This document shows positions 39,013 to 52,129 of a stretch of 64,000 nucleotides of DNA, one piece after another. Within the stretch, counting starts at the first letter, position 1. Every line of letters begins with the position of its first letter. The notes under the pieces were generated by a model that did no database searches, was not told where the DNA came from, and worked only from the letters and a program-made list of their open reading frames with translations. The stretch comes from Okamejei kenojei (lineage: Eukaryota), in NCBI GenBank assembly GCA_035221665.1, contig CM069153.1, positions 33,914,001 through 33,978,000 of the forward strand, written 5' to 3'. A program made the translations under genes and the position numbers.

Positions 39013-42000
39013 TAAGGTAGAAGTGGTGTTGAGAGATGTTATGAAAAGTCAAGAGTAAAGTTAAGAGTGTTAAATTGTCATCTGAAGCAGCAACAAAACA
39101 ATAAAATTATTTGCTGCGGCCTAACAAGTCCATTAATGCAATAATACACAGGTAAATACATAACAATCAATAATACAATAAATTGATAACAGTTATACTA
39201 GCTAACCATAATAGTGCTAAAAAAATCTGTGGTGCAACCAAAGCCACTGTCCATAGAATCTCATAGTTGCTGAGGTAGTGATTAGTGTTGTGCAGTGTTC
39301 AAGAGCTTGATGGTTGCTGGGAAGAAGCTGTTTTTGAACCTGGGATTGGAAATAGATGGCCTTAATATTGGGCATAGTCTGCGGTTCATCACAAAGTCAT
39401 ACTCAACATCAAATTTGAAGATACACCGTTTCAGGTAATTGCTAGAGAGAACAATGGAGTAAGGAGTGGATATTTTGGTGCCTATTCCTGCTCTTGCAAA
39501 ACTGGATATTGAACAAGCAGCCTAACCATTTAAAGATGGTGTCGACTTCAAAAGAGATCATGGTGAAGTAGAGCTGGGAATCATCGATGTACATGTGGAA
39601 ACTGATCCTGTGTTTTAAATGGTGTCACCAAGCATGTAAATGAGAAACGGGAGGGGCCATGGATAAATGCCAGTCACTGGTGCAGAATCAGTAGTGAAGC
39701 AATTTCTAATTCTGGGTAAATAATAAAATCAGGCAGGTGTAGAATCAAGGAAAGTCTTTGGAGAAGGATTGGATGGAGTTAAAAAGCAGAGCCTGGTTGA
39801 GAAGGCTGTGGAGCAGGAATTTCATTTGTCACAATCACTTTGGATGTCATTTGCAAGACAAGAAACCTGACTAAAGGGTTTCAGTGTAGAACTCCACGAA
39901 AGATGAGTGCAAACTTGGGAGGGTGAGATTGGCTGGTACTTTGCAATGAAGTAGGAGTCAACTTTGTTGAGGACAGGGCTATTATGACAATTTTGAATAA
40001 AAGGGAAAAGTGATTAGGGGAAGTAACATTAACACTACCAGCTCAAATAGGATAGAAGAATGGAAGCACGGTAGATAGTAGTTTGGAGGACTTATGTGTG
40101 AGATACGTTTTGTGTTGACAGTGAGCTAATTACAGAAGGGAGGAGAGAAAAGTAAAAGGCAATAAACCTAACCACAACCCATCATTTAATGGCCACTCAA
40201 ATCTCCAGGTGAGACACATTGAGCACCAGATAGATTGAACAGCCAGGGCATGGATGTAATAGACCGACCTGTCCTTGCTAAGATTCGTTGATCTCACTCC
40301 GTAAATCAAACATGATAAATAAAGGACATTCCAAAAAAGTACGTAATTACAGAAAATAATTATTTTCTAAGGTTAAAGCTCCAAAGTGTTCAGCTGATAC
40401 TAATAAGAGTCATAAAAGCAACGTTTAAGTAAATAGTGGCAATACCAAAGCTCCGAATGAGTGTCAGACCAGGAAGCTCCTACACTTGAAGATACAATTG
40501 TGTCAATATTCTAACATTGCAAAAACAGTGGAGGGTACAGGTTGAATGTTATAAACCCCATTGACATTTAACTTGACTTTGGACGATTGAAACTAGAGAC
40601 AAAACATGACAGTAAATGATCTGTGGATATCCAACTCTAATAATGTGATATTGTGCATTCCCTTTCTTGGAAAATGCACAAAGGAAGAGTATTTCTGGCC
40701 CTGATTTATATATACACCCATCTGCTCCTCTCGCTGCCAAAGCACTTGACATTTTCAGGCTAATGTGTAGACTAATGCTTTCATCTGTTGCGCAACAAAT
40801 TATTTTTATCAAGCCAACATTTCTGGATCCTGTATTTGTCTTCTGTTGAATGTGCTTCTTGTTCGTGTCATTTCATCATTGAATATGTCTCCTGTGGCAG
40901 AGCGATACAGAAATTCTGTTGTGCTATGTTCTAGCTGGTACCAATGACAATGAATACTATTCCTATCATGCCTCATGCAAAAGCATGTATTTAATGGACA
41001 AAATTGATGCCCGAAGCTGATTTATTCTGAATGAACAATTTGCTTTAAATGATGCAAATCTTCCTGATAATTTTGTGGTACAGATGTGTTACAATGAGTG
41101 CGAGTCAACAAAAACAGATTCTGATATTGTTGCAAGTATTTAGAATTGATGCATTGTTCCCCCCAATCTAGTGTTGCCATCTCAGAGATTGCATTCTTGT
41201 AATTCCAGTATATTTCCTGTTTTATTTTAATTGAGGTTTATGCATCTCAGTCTAGACTTTAAGGAGGGAGGAGCATTTTTGTTGTAAAAAGACAGCAGAG
41301 GTTAATGCCCCCCTGGCACTCTACTCTTAGATGTTCTCATCCATCCTCCCAGGCGTTTCTGCAGCTTCAGTTCATCTCGGAGTTATATATTGTTGTAACA
41401 AGAGTTTACCGAACTGCAGAGAAGGAGTACCCAGGATGATCTGTAGATTAGGCAAGAGGGAGATGATCCTGATGTCTGGTAGGCAGATACAGCCCTCTTA
41501 GGAATGGACATTTAGGTGGATCTGATGCTGAAAAATAACTGGTGTGAGTGAAACTATTTCCCAAAACATTGCTCTACATTAAGGACTGGAGTGACTTGAC
41601 TGAGAAAGAATGACAATATTGTTCATTTGGACAATGAGATGCAGAATATATCCTGATTAGATTCTTGTTAATAGAAAGTGATGGAAACTGTGCACAGCTT
41701 TTAAAATGTATATTCAAGGGGATATATGATATTGGTATCTTTAATGGGTGCAATGTTTTACATATAGAGGGCACGTGGCTTACCTTTGAAATGATTTCCA
41801 ATGTAAGCAGTAACATAAAGTACACCTTCCGATAAAGAAAGAGTAGAGATGATATCTAAAATATAGTAATAATATGTAAAATCTACATTGAGACAACAGA
41901 GTCTAATAATTGTGATGTATATAAAGGGAAGCGCTGCTGTCTTACAGACAGAAAGGTAGCAATGTCCACTGTGTAAAGTGTTGAAGTACATTATATCTAA

Positions 42001-43161
42001 TAGGCTAAGTTGGCAGCATCAAACATTTAGGGCAAGTGAGAAAGTATGATCTAAAGTGTAGGGTGACGTAACACCAAATAATGAAAGTCTAGATAAATAT
42101 CATATTCTGATAATCTTGAGATAAATAGTTTCATAACTATCTCCAACTGGTCATTCTATGGACAGCTAGAATCAGTCGTCCTGGTGATGGTGTGCTTGAA
42201 CATCATTAAAATGAGCATTTGTGTTAGGATTCTGAGCCTCCAGGTTATTCAATCTCCTAATGTTCTCCTTCCTCAGCCTTTTCTAAAGGGAATTCATATG
42301 TGCAGGATTGATGAATCAGGGAATGAAATTACTTCCAAGCCATTTGACCCAATTTTAACCTGCATTTGGCCTTGATCTCCTCTTAGCTAATTGCTAATTT
42401 CAGTTTTTATTTAAAATGAAAAAAATAAGAAATGGCAGTAGTGGTGATGGAAATTGAGTGGCAGCATTGAACAATAATATATCCACATATTTGGCTTCAA
42501 TAAAACCGAACAACAGGTGGGGTGGATCAAGGACAGGATAGATTTAGTTTTGTTTAGTTTAGAGATAAAGCACAGAAACAGGCCCTTCGGCGCACCAGGT
42601 TGGCGCCGACCAGCGATTCACGCACATTTCTACATTTTTACCCCATAATTTTTATCTTTTGGATTTTTACTGACACGTTATTCTTAATCATTATCTTTAG
42701 TTATCAAGCATAGGCTTCTCAATTTGTAGAACAGTTGCCGCGTTTGCATTAATAACTTAATGGGTTACTAGGAAATATGGCTCGTAGCTTCTGACGATGC
42801 ATTTGAAGATGTCGTATTGAGGAATATGACATGTATGCAGAGAAGTTGTGAAATTGCATGAAGCAGTTGACTGATGGAATTGGCATTGTCATGGTTTGTG
42901 TGTCATGCGGATTGCTGAGTATCGTAATACACTACTGTGTCTATATTGTGATTCATTCGCCTTACAGCAAAATGATTCACCATTTCCTGCTCAAATGTTT
43001 TGTACTTCCTTTTTCATTGTGTCTCTTGCTGTACTGTAGGTCATTTTGTCGCATTGATGACCTTCTGCATGATTGTGTTCTACATTATCTGCAGCTCCGC
43101 GTCTTTCAGATGTCATTGTTGCCTTCCCCCGCGAATTTGACAACAACTTTCTCCCCTGCAG

Positions 43162-43345
43162 GCTGAGCACACTCAAGAACAAGAGGTGAAGAAGGAGATC
43201 CAAGAGAAGAACCTTCTCACTGTGAGGAAACCTTTTGTTGGCCGCACACACTCTCTGCCCAACGATAGCTACATGTTTCAGCCTGTCAACCCAGCTCCAT
43301 TAGAAGGTCTGCAGGGGTCAGAAAATGATCACAAGTCACAGTCTG
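43162..43345 (+). CDS. CACNA1G: Cav3.1 exon 36 equivalent, C-terminal tail
   Basis: cccctgcag| ... G|gtatgt. AEHTQEQEVKKEIQEKNLLTVRKPFVGRTHSLPNDSYMFQPV...HKSQS contains the conserved LLTVRK...RTHSLPNDSYM motif. Confidence 0.92.
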
Positions 43346-44589
43346 GTATGTCTAATCTATGAGTGTAAAACAAAAGTCTCTCGGTCAATGATCAAGCAGT
43401 AATGTGATCAACTTGCTCAGTAACTTCACAGAAAGATACAAGTTCACGTTCTAATCCAACTAATATGCTCAAAAACTTTAAAAAATCCAATTCGTTATGA
43501 TAACAATTGTTGTTAAAAGCTGAGGAAATTGTCTTTCTGTTAAGTTCAACATTGTTTCCTGCCCTAAATGACACATTGTCTCTTGGGCATCTTCACTGTT
43601 GTAATTACAATGTTGTCAATGAATCATTCGTATCCTACATTTTGATGTACATTGTGACACCTCTTACAGGCAAAATAATGAACTGAACATTATATTGTTG
43701 CTTCCATGCGTTTCCCAACATTTGTCAGTAAAAAAATGAATGCAGGGCAGTTATTGCCAATTTAGTTCTTATCGCTGTTATAAGATCCTGCTGAAAAATG
43801 TGCTCACTGTTTACGATTTGATTGGACTGACCTATTTGCTTCGATTCCACTCTATCCTGGTTCTTTATAAAAACGTTAAACAGTCTACACAGTGAAAACC
43901 ACTAACTAATCCTATGTAGAAGGTGTTTGCTACTTTTAACTATTTTGATGTTGTAGCTCACCTTCAAGTTTAGTCTTATTCTATTTGCAAAAACGTTAAC
44001 TGCCTTAATTTAACCCGATCAGTATTTCTTTCCCTCTATATCAGTAGATTTGGAATCCAAGATCCACTCCTGGATATGAACATGCATGCTGCTCTGACAC
44101 ACAGTACAGTAGAGGGAGTGCTATTGTGTTGTAGGCACTGTTTCTGGAATGAGTTATTAAACCGCGTTTAAACTCTTGCAGGTGGATATCCCACAATATT
44201 TTGCATAGAAAAGAATGGAGATTCTTCTGGTTCATTCAACAATATTTATCCTCCACCAATGCCACTAAAAACAGGTTAACTGGTTATTCAGTGGATTGCT
44301 AATTGTGGAATCCTTCTTTTCGTAAACTGGCTGCCATATTTCTCTGGACAAGTGGTCCAGATCTATACGACATCCTGAGAAATATACCACTCAATTTCTA
44401 TTGTAATAATTAGAGGGGAAGGCCTGTAAATTGTCTTTTATTGTTGCAATATTCTTTTTAAAAGATCATTGGTTGCAAATAGGTGTCCAGATTAAAAACT
44501 GGCAAATAACACTGGATTAGAAATCTCCTGAAGAATTGTTTGTTGGTTAGAAACATGGTCAATAATCACTGTTGCAAATTGTTCCCTAG

Positions 44590-44756
44590 GTTCAACCACA
44601 TCGGTTCGTTCTCAGCCCACAGGCACCAGTGGTCACCTCCAAGTTCCTATGGAGTTCCTCCCTGTCAGCCATCAGAATAGTTCTGATTCTGAAAATATCC
44701 CGAAGATTCCTCCCCCTCGGAAACCTCTGAGCGCCCACAGAATGCTGCGTAGACAG
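44590..44756 (+). CDS. CACNA1G: Cav3.1 exon 37 equivalent, C-terminal tail
   Basis: ccctag| ... CAG|gttggt. (G)STTSVRSQPTGTSGHLQVP...IPKIPPPRKPLSAHRMLRRQ matches human GSVLSVHSQP...IPKLPPP...LRRQ; phases fit both neighbours. Confidence 0.9.
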
Positions 44757-45040
44757 GTTGGTATCAGTGTTGAAAAGCCTAAGTTCAGCACACTTTTCAA
44801 GTGACAACTTCCACGCGAGACAATTTTCTGTCTGCAGATCTTGCTTCATCTCTCAACCCCATAATTCCCTTATCCCACCTTTCCCCCCTCACCTGGTACC
44901 ACTCCCTCCAGCCTTACATAATTTATCCTCTCATTTCCTCATCTGATACCCTTTTGTTTCCTTTCTATCTCTAGTCTTTGCCACCTACTCCACCCATCTG
45001 ATAATCACACCTCTTCCCCACCTATATCCACCTACCACTT

Positions 45041-45245
45041 GTGTAGAAAGGAACTGCAGATGCTGGTTTAAACTGAAGATAGGCACAAAAAACTGAAGCA
45101 ATTCTGCGGGTCAGATAGCATCTCTGGAGAAAAGGAATAGGTGACTTTTCGGGTCAAGACCCTTCTTCAGGGAAATGTTACCTATTCCTTTTCTCCAGAG
45201 ATGCTGTCTGACCCGCTGAGTTGATCCAGCTTTTTGTGTCTATCT
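45041..45245. mobile_element. Penelope-type inverted-pair insert with 14-bp TSD, inside an older related copy
   Basis: Two inverted arms; flanks tccacctaccactt (45027-45040) and tccatctatcactt (45246-45259). Confidence 0.72.
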
Positions 45246-45579
45246 TCCATCTATCACTTACCAGGCTTTGCCCTACTCCAATGCCTCACTTTTCCATCGC
45301 TTTCTCCCAGCTTTTGTGTACCCTCGATTCTCCAATCTGCAGTTCCTTCTTTAAAACAGTGTTCTCCAGCACTTGTTTTTGCACCCAAATTCCAGTATTT
45401 GCAGTTTCTTGTGTCTCAAACTTGCTTCCTTCTTTTCTCAAACAACTGTAAACATGGGGATGCTTTTATCCAGAATTTATTTCATTTATTTTTCAATGCT
45501 TTTATTTTCAAGCCTAGGATTAAAAGAAAAGGAATCACACTTGGTAATCATATTTGACTCCCATCATTCTGTCTCTACA

Positions 45580-45845
45580 GGTGGTGGAGTTGCTGCTGCG
45601 CAGCACCAGAGACCTGGGTTCAATCCCGACCTTGGGTGCAGTCTGAGTGGAGTTTGCATGTGCTCCCAGTGACTGCCATGGGTTTCCTCCAGGTGTGCCT
45701 GTTTCCTCCCACATCACAAAGGCATGCCAGTTTGTAGGTCAATTGGCTTCTGTAAAATTGCCCCTGGTATGTAGGGAGTGGATGAGAAAGTGGGAATGCA
45801 GGATAACATAGAGTGAGTGTAAATGTGTGGTCGACGGTCAGTGTG
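45580..45845 (+). mobile_element. V-SINE (HE1-like) copy, diverged
   Basis: gagttgctgc...gggttcaatcccgac...gtttcctcccacatcacaaag, similar to the 12218 copy. Confidence 0.75.
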
Positions 45846-46023
45846 ATGAATGTTAATCACACAAATCTACAGCAGACCTTTTTGAGTAGTTGTTACCATG
45901 CCCCCTATTTCTCGTCACCAATATTCCATCTTGTTGCTTGTTCCCATCCTGGGTAGATTTATGCAGTCATCTGACCATATGTATTTCAGTCTGATCTCCC
46001 CTTTCTGAGTAAAATAATAAGGT

Positions 46024-46324
46024 CTAGTTTAGTTTAGAGATACAACGTGGAAAAAGGCCCTTCAGCCCATCGAGTCCGTGCCGACCTTCAATCCCCACAC
46101 ACTACCACTATCCTATAAACACTAGGACCAATTCTTGCCAAAGCCATTTAATCTACCAACCTGTATGTCTTTGGAGTGTGGGAGGAAATCGAAACATGCG
46201 GAGAAAACTCATGCAGATCACGGGGAGAACGTACAAACTCCATATAGACAGCAACGGTGGTCATGATCCAACCAAAGTTTCTGGCACTAAGGCAACAATT
46301 CTACCGCTGCGCCAGCGTCTCACC
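46024..46324 (-). mobile_element. V-SINE (HE1-like) copy
   Basis: Reverse complement of the 12218-type SINE, including the (AAACT)n tail and tRNA-like head. Confidence 0.82.
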
Positions 46325-47749
46325 TCGGTGTCTATTATTTGCTGAGTATTGTGACCATGTTACATCCTCTGCATTGTTACAATGTACTCCTCCTGTTATA
46401 TAATTTATTGATTATCATTCGTGCCCCATTGGATTGGAACTTACAGAATTGCTGTCATTTCTCTACATAATTATTGAAAGTTTGGAAAATGTACATGGAT
46501 CTGTAGGTTGAGAACTTGCTGGCCACTTCATTCACAATCTCCTGAAGTATTACATCTATAAACTACCTGGTCTATAGTTTCAAACCTTTTGTCTTCATTC
46601 TTGAAGAAGGGAGTCGCATTTCGGGTTCATCAATCCACTGGTGTCATCGCAGAATTCATATATTTTGAAAACCTTCCATATCTTTGCTGCTAATTCCTTT
46701 AAAGCACTTGGGTGCAGGCCATTTGATCCTGGTGATTAATTTCTAATACCTTATGCGTTGTGATTGGCATTTTTTCAAATTTGTTCATACAACCTCAAAC
46801 TAAACTGTTTCCATCAGGATCTAGAATCTGTTACCATCAGGATATTTGCAGTGTTCTTCATGGTGATTATTTTTCTTTTTATATGTGCACATAAACCGTT
46901 ACTGCACACTTTGATATTACTTACAAATTTTCTCTCAACAGTAATTTTCTTTTTTATGAATATTTTAGTCTTGCTGCTGGTTCCTGAAATTTCCAATCCA
47001 TGAGTCCTTGCTACGTTGTATGCCCTACTTTTCAATTTAACTTTATTCTTAACCCCTTTTGTTAATAACGGATAGTTCCTCTTTCTCATGTAATCTCTCT
47101 TTCTAATTGAGATAGAAGTCTGCTGAGCATTATGAACAAACTGTTTAAATATCTGCCACTACTATCCACTGACCTAAGTCATAGGTTCTTTATCCAGTCC
47201 ATTCTCAACAAGTCCACCTCAGGGACATTCAAGGAATTTGACTGCAAGATAAGTCAGAGATCATGGTTTAGTTGGATCTCAATTTTTTTATTTTCACTGC
47301 TCAGCACACCAGATTTGTTCAACCACCAATGCCATCCAATACCCCCACTACAAATTTGATTCGTTAAGAACAAAGAGTAAGGAAAACAGAAATGCTGGAA
47401 AAAAAACAGCCAACCAAGCAGCATCTGTAGAAAGATCTGTTCATGTTTTGGGTCAATGACCCTTCTTCGGAACTGGGGGAAGAGTGGAAGGGTTACAGTT
47501 TTCAGTATAGAGCTGGAGGGAGAAGTGAGATGAAAGACAAATGACAATATGAACACAGGTTTAGACAGATGAATTGATACAGAACAAGAGCACTGTCAGT
47601 TTAATACGTGGGAATTTAAACAAAGAGCTATTGGCTGCAGCTTTATGGGTTCTAAATATAGCACTACCAGCTGCAGCGCTATGGGCTTTACACATAGTGC
47701 TATGGCCACAGCGCTATGGGTCACAGACTGTTCGGAAAAATTCTCGTAT

Positions 47750-48703
47750 AACTTGGAACTTGGAAAACTTTATTGTCATTCAGACCTAGGGGCCTAAACG
47801 AAATTTCGTTGCCTGCAATCATACATATAGTAAATAACAAAAACACACAATAAACACATATTTAACATCCACCACAGTGGGTTCACCAGACACCTCCTCA
47901 CTGTAGGGGAAGGCAAAAATCTTGTCTTTGTCTCTTCCCTTCTTCCTCTTCCTCTGCGCTGAGGCGACCCAGGCCTCCGATGTTGTGACTGCACCGAGTG
48001 ATGTAAATAAGTCCCGCGGGTGAACCACGCTCCGCGAGCGGGCCGGTTCAACTCCTCGGCCCGGGGCGGTCGAAGCTGCAGAAGCTGCCGCCCTCCAGTC
48101 CAGCGGACGCAGCTGTTGCCACGGGAGCTCCGGAAAAACAGGTCACCAACCTGTGACCTGCGAGCTCCCGACGATGTCGTCCACTGGGCCCGCGGCCGGG
48201 CCTCCGAAGTCGCTGCCGCCGCCACCGCCGCCGGAAAGCCGCCACAGCTCTGAGTCGGGCCGCCAGAACGCCTGAACCCGCCACAGCCCCGATGTCGGCC
48301 AGCCCAGTCTGAAGAAGGGTCTCGACCCGAAACGTTGCCTATCTCCTTCGCTCCTTAGATGCTGCTGCACCCGCTGAGTTTCTCCAGCTTTTTGTGTACC
48401 CGCGCTGGTAAGTCCTGGCTGGCTCTGCCTCCAGAGCCTCGAGGTCAGTCGCAGTTAAAGTTGGAGGCCGCTAGCTCCGAGATAGGCCTCAGCGCAGATG
48501 GAGATGGAGACGGGGGATACGACAAGAAAAGTCGCGTCCTCCCAAAAGGAAGAGACTAAGAACGTTTCTCCCATCCCTCCCACACACATACACTACATAA
48601 TAACTCAAACTAACGCTAAAAACAAGACAAGAAAACAAGAAATAAAAAGAAAAACAGACGGACTGCAGGCGAGCCGCTGCTGCCAGGGCAGAGCCGCCAC
48701 TCC
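47750..48703 (-). repeat. GC/CpG-rich interspersed repeat with a TGACAATAAA 3' end and short tandem tail; family unassigned
   Basis: Sharp GC-rich block in an AT-rich intron. The minus strand ends GAATGACAATAAAGTTTTCCAAGTTCCAAGTT. No convincing protein is encoded. Confidence 0.55.
48305..48401 (+). mobile_element. Short Penelope-type terminal repeat with hammerhead-like core, nested in a GC-rich repeat
   Basis: CTGAAGA-A-GGGTCTCGACCC-GAAA-CGTT at 48309-48336, followed by the family body ...GATGCTGC...CCCGCTGAGTTTCTCCAGC. Confidence 0.7.
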
Positions 48704-48879
48704 CACAATGAGTCTTTGGAATTCTCTTTCTCAGTGGAAGTTGAGCCTTTGATTATTTTTCAAGAAGTGGTAGAATTCTGGATAAGCCTGGTGATGAAAA
48801 GTTACCAGTGGGCAGTGGGATTGCAGTTACATTGGGATTGGCCATGTTTTTACAGAACGGTGGGTGGGCTCAAGGGGCC

Positions 48880-49030
48880 GAGAGGGAGAGAGGGAGGGTG
48901 GAGAGAGGGAGGGGTGGAATGAGGGAGAGGAAGGGAGAGAAGGAGGGAGGGAGGGAGGAAGGGAGGGAGGGACGATGAGAGGGAGAGAGGGAAAGGGGAG
49001 GGAAGGAGGGAGAGAGAGCAGAGATTGAGA
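48880..49030. repeat. GA/GGGA low-complexity tract
   Basis: (GGGA/GAGA)n-like run. Confidence 0.85.
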
Positions 49031-49129
49031 CACATGAGAGCAGGTTGAAAATACGAAGACAAAGAAAGCTGTTGGAGGGGAATTTTAAGTGCCATGACAC
49101 AGAAAGCTCAGTGGATTAAGCGTAGGTTC

Positions 49130-50290
49130 CCCACAAAGTGATCACCTGGTTTCTGAATACAGAAGAGGTGAATGGACAGGTGTCTATTTTCTCCAGTTGC
49201 ACGGGAAGGTGCTGTTGGATGGGGAATGGTGAACGGGGACAGAGTGGATAAGACGGAGTTACAAAGTGAGCGGACCCTGTGAAATGCAGAAATAGGAGGA
49301 AGGGCAAGATGTGACTGTTGATGGGATCATGTTGGACTTGGCAGAAATTGTGAAGGATATTAATTTGAATGAGAAGAATGGTGGGGTGTTTTCCAACAAT
49401 GAGTAGGCGTTGAATAGCAGATGTATAAATGATGAATTCAGATTTATGAGGCAAGTAGACGTGGTAGTGGTGGGTCACTGTTGACAGCAACTTCTAACCT
49501 ATAATGTTGTGGTCAGGTCCCCACCTTGTAATATGTATTGTGTCATGAACTCACCTTTCCTGTGTTTATTATGTACCAATACCACCTTATGTATGGTAAT
49601 CAAATATCTATCTCCAGTGAAAGACACAAAATGCTGGAGTAACTCAGCTGGTCAGGCAGCATCTCTGGAGAACTATTGGTACGTAATAAAATACACATAA
49701 AATTACACGGTGGTGATCTGACCACAGCATTATTGGTTAAGAAGGAACTGCAGATGCTGAAAAAATCGAAGATAAATATAAATGCTGGAGAAACCTAGTA
49801 GATGAGGCAGCATCTATGGAGTGAATGTTGTCTGAAGAAGGGTCTCAACCCAAAACTTCACCTATTCCTTCGCTCCATAGATGCTGCCTCACCCACTGAG
49901 TTTCTCCAGCATTTTTATCTACCCACAGCATTATTGGTGACGATTTGAGTTGGGTCCCTTCTTCAGACTGATTGTAGTGTGGGGGAGAAGAAAGAGAGGT
50001 GGTGCAGGGACAAAGCTTGGCAGGTAATAGGTTGATGCAGGTGATGGGTGTTTTGATAGGCACACGGTGGATATAGGCCAGAGATCATGTTGGAGATGAC
50101 AGAAATGTTGGAGGATGATGTGTTCAATGCAGAGACTGGTGGGGTAATGGTGAGGACCTGTGGAACTCTATTCCTGTACTGTCTGGTAAGAGGGGGAGCG
50201 AGAACATAACCATGGGACACAGAGGAGATGCAGGTAAGGGATCCATCTTTGACAGTAGATGGGAAACAATGTTTCATCTCTGACAGCAGG
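49130..50290 (-). mobile_element. Penelope-like element ORF remnants (RT thumb / linker region), fragmented and interrupted by nested inserts
   Basis: Minus-strand pieces PSTVKDGSLTCISSVS...PPLTRQYRNRVPQVLT, HPTILLIQINILHNFCQVQHDP and DTCPFTSS resemble the Penelope linker before the GIY-YIG domain (from recall). Confidence 0.6.
49738..49922. mobile_element. Penelope-type inverted-pair insert with 16-bp TSD
   Basis: CCACAGCATTATTGGT at 49722-49737 and 49923-49938; internal CTGAAGAAGGGTCTCAACCCAAAAC. Confidence 0.75.
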
Positions 50291-51032
50291 ATGGAAACCA
50301 TTAACTGCCAGGCTTTGTCTTGCCCCTCTTATCTTCCAGCTTTCTTTCCTTCCTCCCTACAATCTGTGCAAAGAAGGATTGCAACCCGAAAAATCACCTA
50401 CCCTTGCTCTCCAGAGATGCTGCCTGACCCACTGAGTTACTCCAGCATGTTGGGTTTTTTTGTAAACCAGCATCTGCGGTTCCTTTTATCCACTATCTCC
50501 AGCGTTTTTTTTAACCAAAAGATACTGGTATGCCTATCAATTAAAAATGAAGTTACATATATCAACAATGTTTTCCATCATTATATCCTCCTGTTTTGAT
50601 TTTGTGATCAATTAGCTTCCATTTTACTAAACTAATAACTAAAAACTATAAATTTAACACATTAAATATTAACAATATTATTAAAATAATAGACACTAAA
50701 GAATTTACTAAACATACATACATGTCACTTTGTTGGAGAACAAAATAATGGCGTTGATACAGCCTTCAATACAGTAGTTCACAACACCATTGGCAGCTGA
50801 ACATCATATAATTACAGCCCAGCTACGGCTATGATGACCTACAAGCTGCTTAAGCTTTTTGAGAGAGCCTGATGACAATTCAATGCATTTTATTTTTGAA
50901 ACTTTAGTAATCTCTTTGTAATAAAACTAATAATTTAAAATTGAAGAGCTTAAAAATTAGAATACAAAAAAATTAGTTTTTAGCTTTTCAGAGCCATACA
51001 AGTACATATCATAAGAAGCACCTATCTTATTC

Positions 51033-51158
51033 TGTAATGTTATCATAATCCCACCCTGTCCTGTTTTTTGTTATCCTGTGTGTCTGCAATCTTGTAACTG
51101 ATTGAATATACACATGATAAAACTAGACAGGACAGGGTGGGATTATGATAACAATACA
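51033..51158. repeat. Long inverted repeat / MITE-like hairpin
   Basis: Perfect 27-bp arms TGTTATCATAATCCCACCCTGTCCTGT (51038-51064) and its reverse complement (51127-51153). Confidence 0.85.
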
Positions 51159-51864
51159 CAGGATTGTGAGGGTATTTGAGATCAATTGTATTGTGTGCAA
51201 TTATCATATCTCACTGCGTTCTATGTCTTGTTCTCAAAAATCTTTCTCTTCATTTGTGCTGATATGATGTACCCATCCCATTCTTTGAGCAGCAACATGT
51301 AGTTAACCTGTGAGCTAAATCACCATGAAGCAACACTCTTTTGGTGTGACAACCAATGATTTATTGGTGAAGCTATTTGCTATCTTGTTTACAATGGTGA
51401 ATTCACTGATTATAAATCATCCATTCGTCTATAAAAGATGAAAAGTAAAATAGATCGACTACTTGGGTCCAGAAATTCTAGTACTCCTGGTGAATTTGCT
51501 GGTTTGGTGTCGCAGCTGGGTGCTTGTGACTGCTTTAGTTGGGGGATCTTTACTGAAAACCTGCCACTGAAAGGGCACTGAGCTTTTCTGCAGTGAAAAA
51601 GATGGATGAGGATTGGGCTATTGGATCAGGTTGCAGAAAAAATTAAGCAGCCTGGTTGCAGTGATAAGAGGGGAAATTTCCAAGAAAGATCAGTGTCTTT
51701 ATAAAGATATGGGGCGTGTGGAACCAACCATCAGGGACTGGAGGCCTTGCTGTCAGAGAGTGGAGCCTTTAACAGGGGGCCTGTTGGATTCCTAGGTCTG
51801 GAGCAATCAGGAACAGGGCCAGAGAGGGCCTGTTTTCCGTGCTGTAATTGTTATATGGTTATAT

Positions 51865-52129
51865 GGAAGCAGGCCCTTCAGCCCACACCGACCAGCAATC
51901 TACCATACACCAGTTGTATCCTACATGCCAGGGACAATTTACAAAGCCAATTAACCTACAAACCTGCACTTCTTTCAGATGTGGGAGAAACTGGAATATC
52001 CAGAGAAAACACATGTGGTCCTAGGGAGAATGTACAAATACTGTACAGACAGCACCCGGAGTCAGGATCAAATCTGGGTGTGTGGTGCTGTAAGGCAGCA
52101 ACTCTACCGCTGCGCCACCGTGCCACCCC
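51865..52129 (-). mobile_element. V-SINE (HE1-like) copy
   Basis: ctctaccgctgcgccaccgtgccaccc is the reverse complement of the SINE head; the body matches. Confidence 0.8.

Noticed and set aside
47632-47722. Three degenerate ~35-bp units (cagcgctatggg)
   Set aside because: This is a short decayed minisatellite with no evidence of function.
47794-48752. Cluster of overlapping ORFs on both strands
   Set aside because: The region is a GC-rich repeat interior with no recognisable domain or splice structure.
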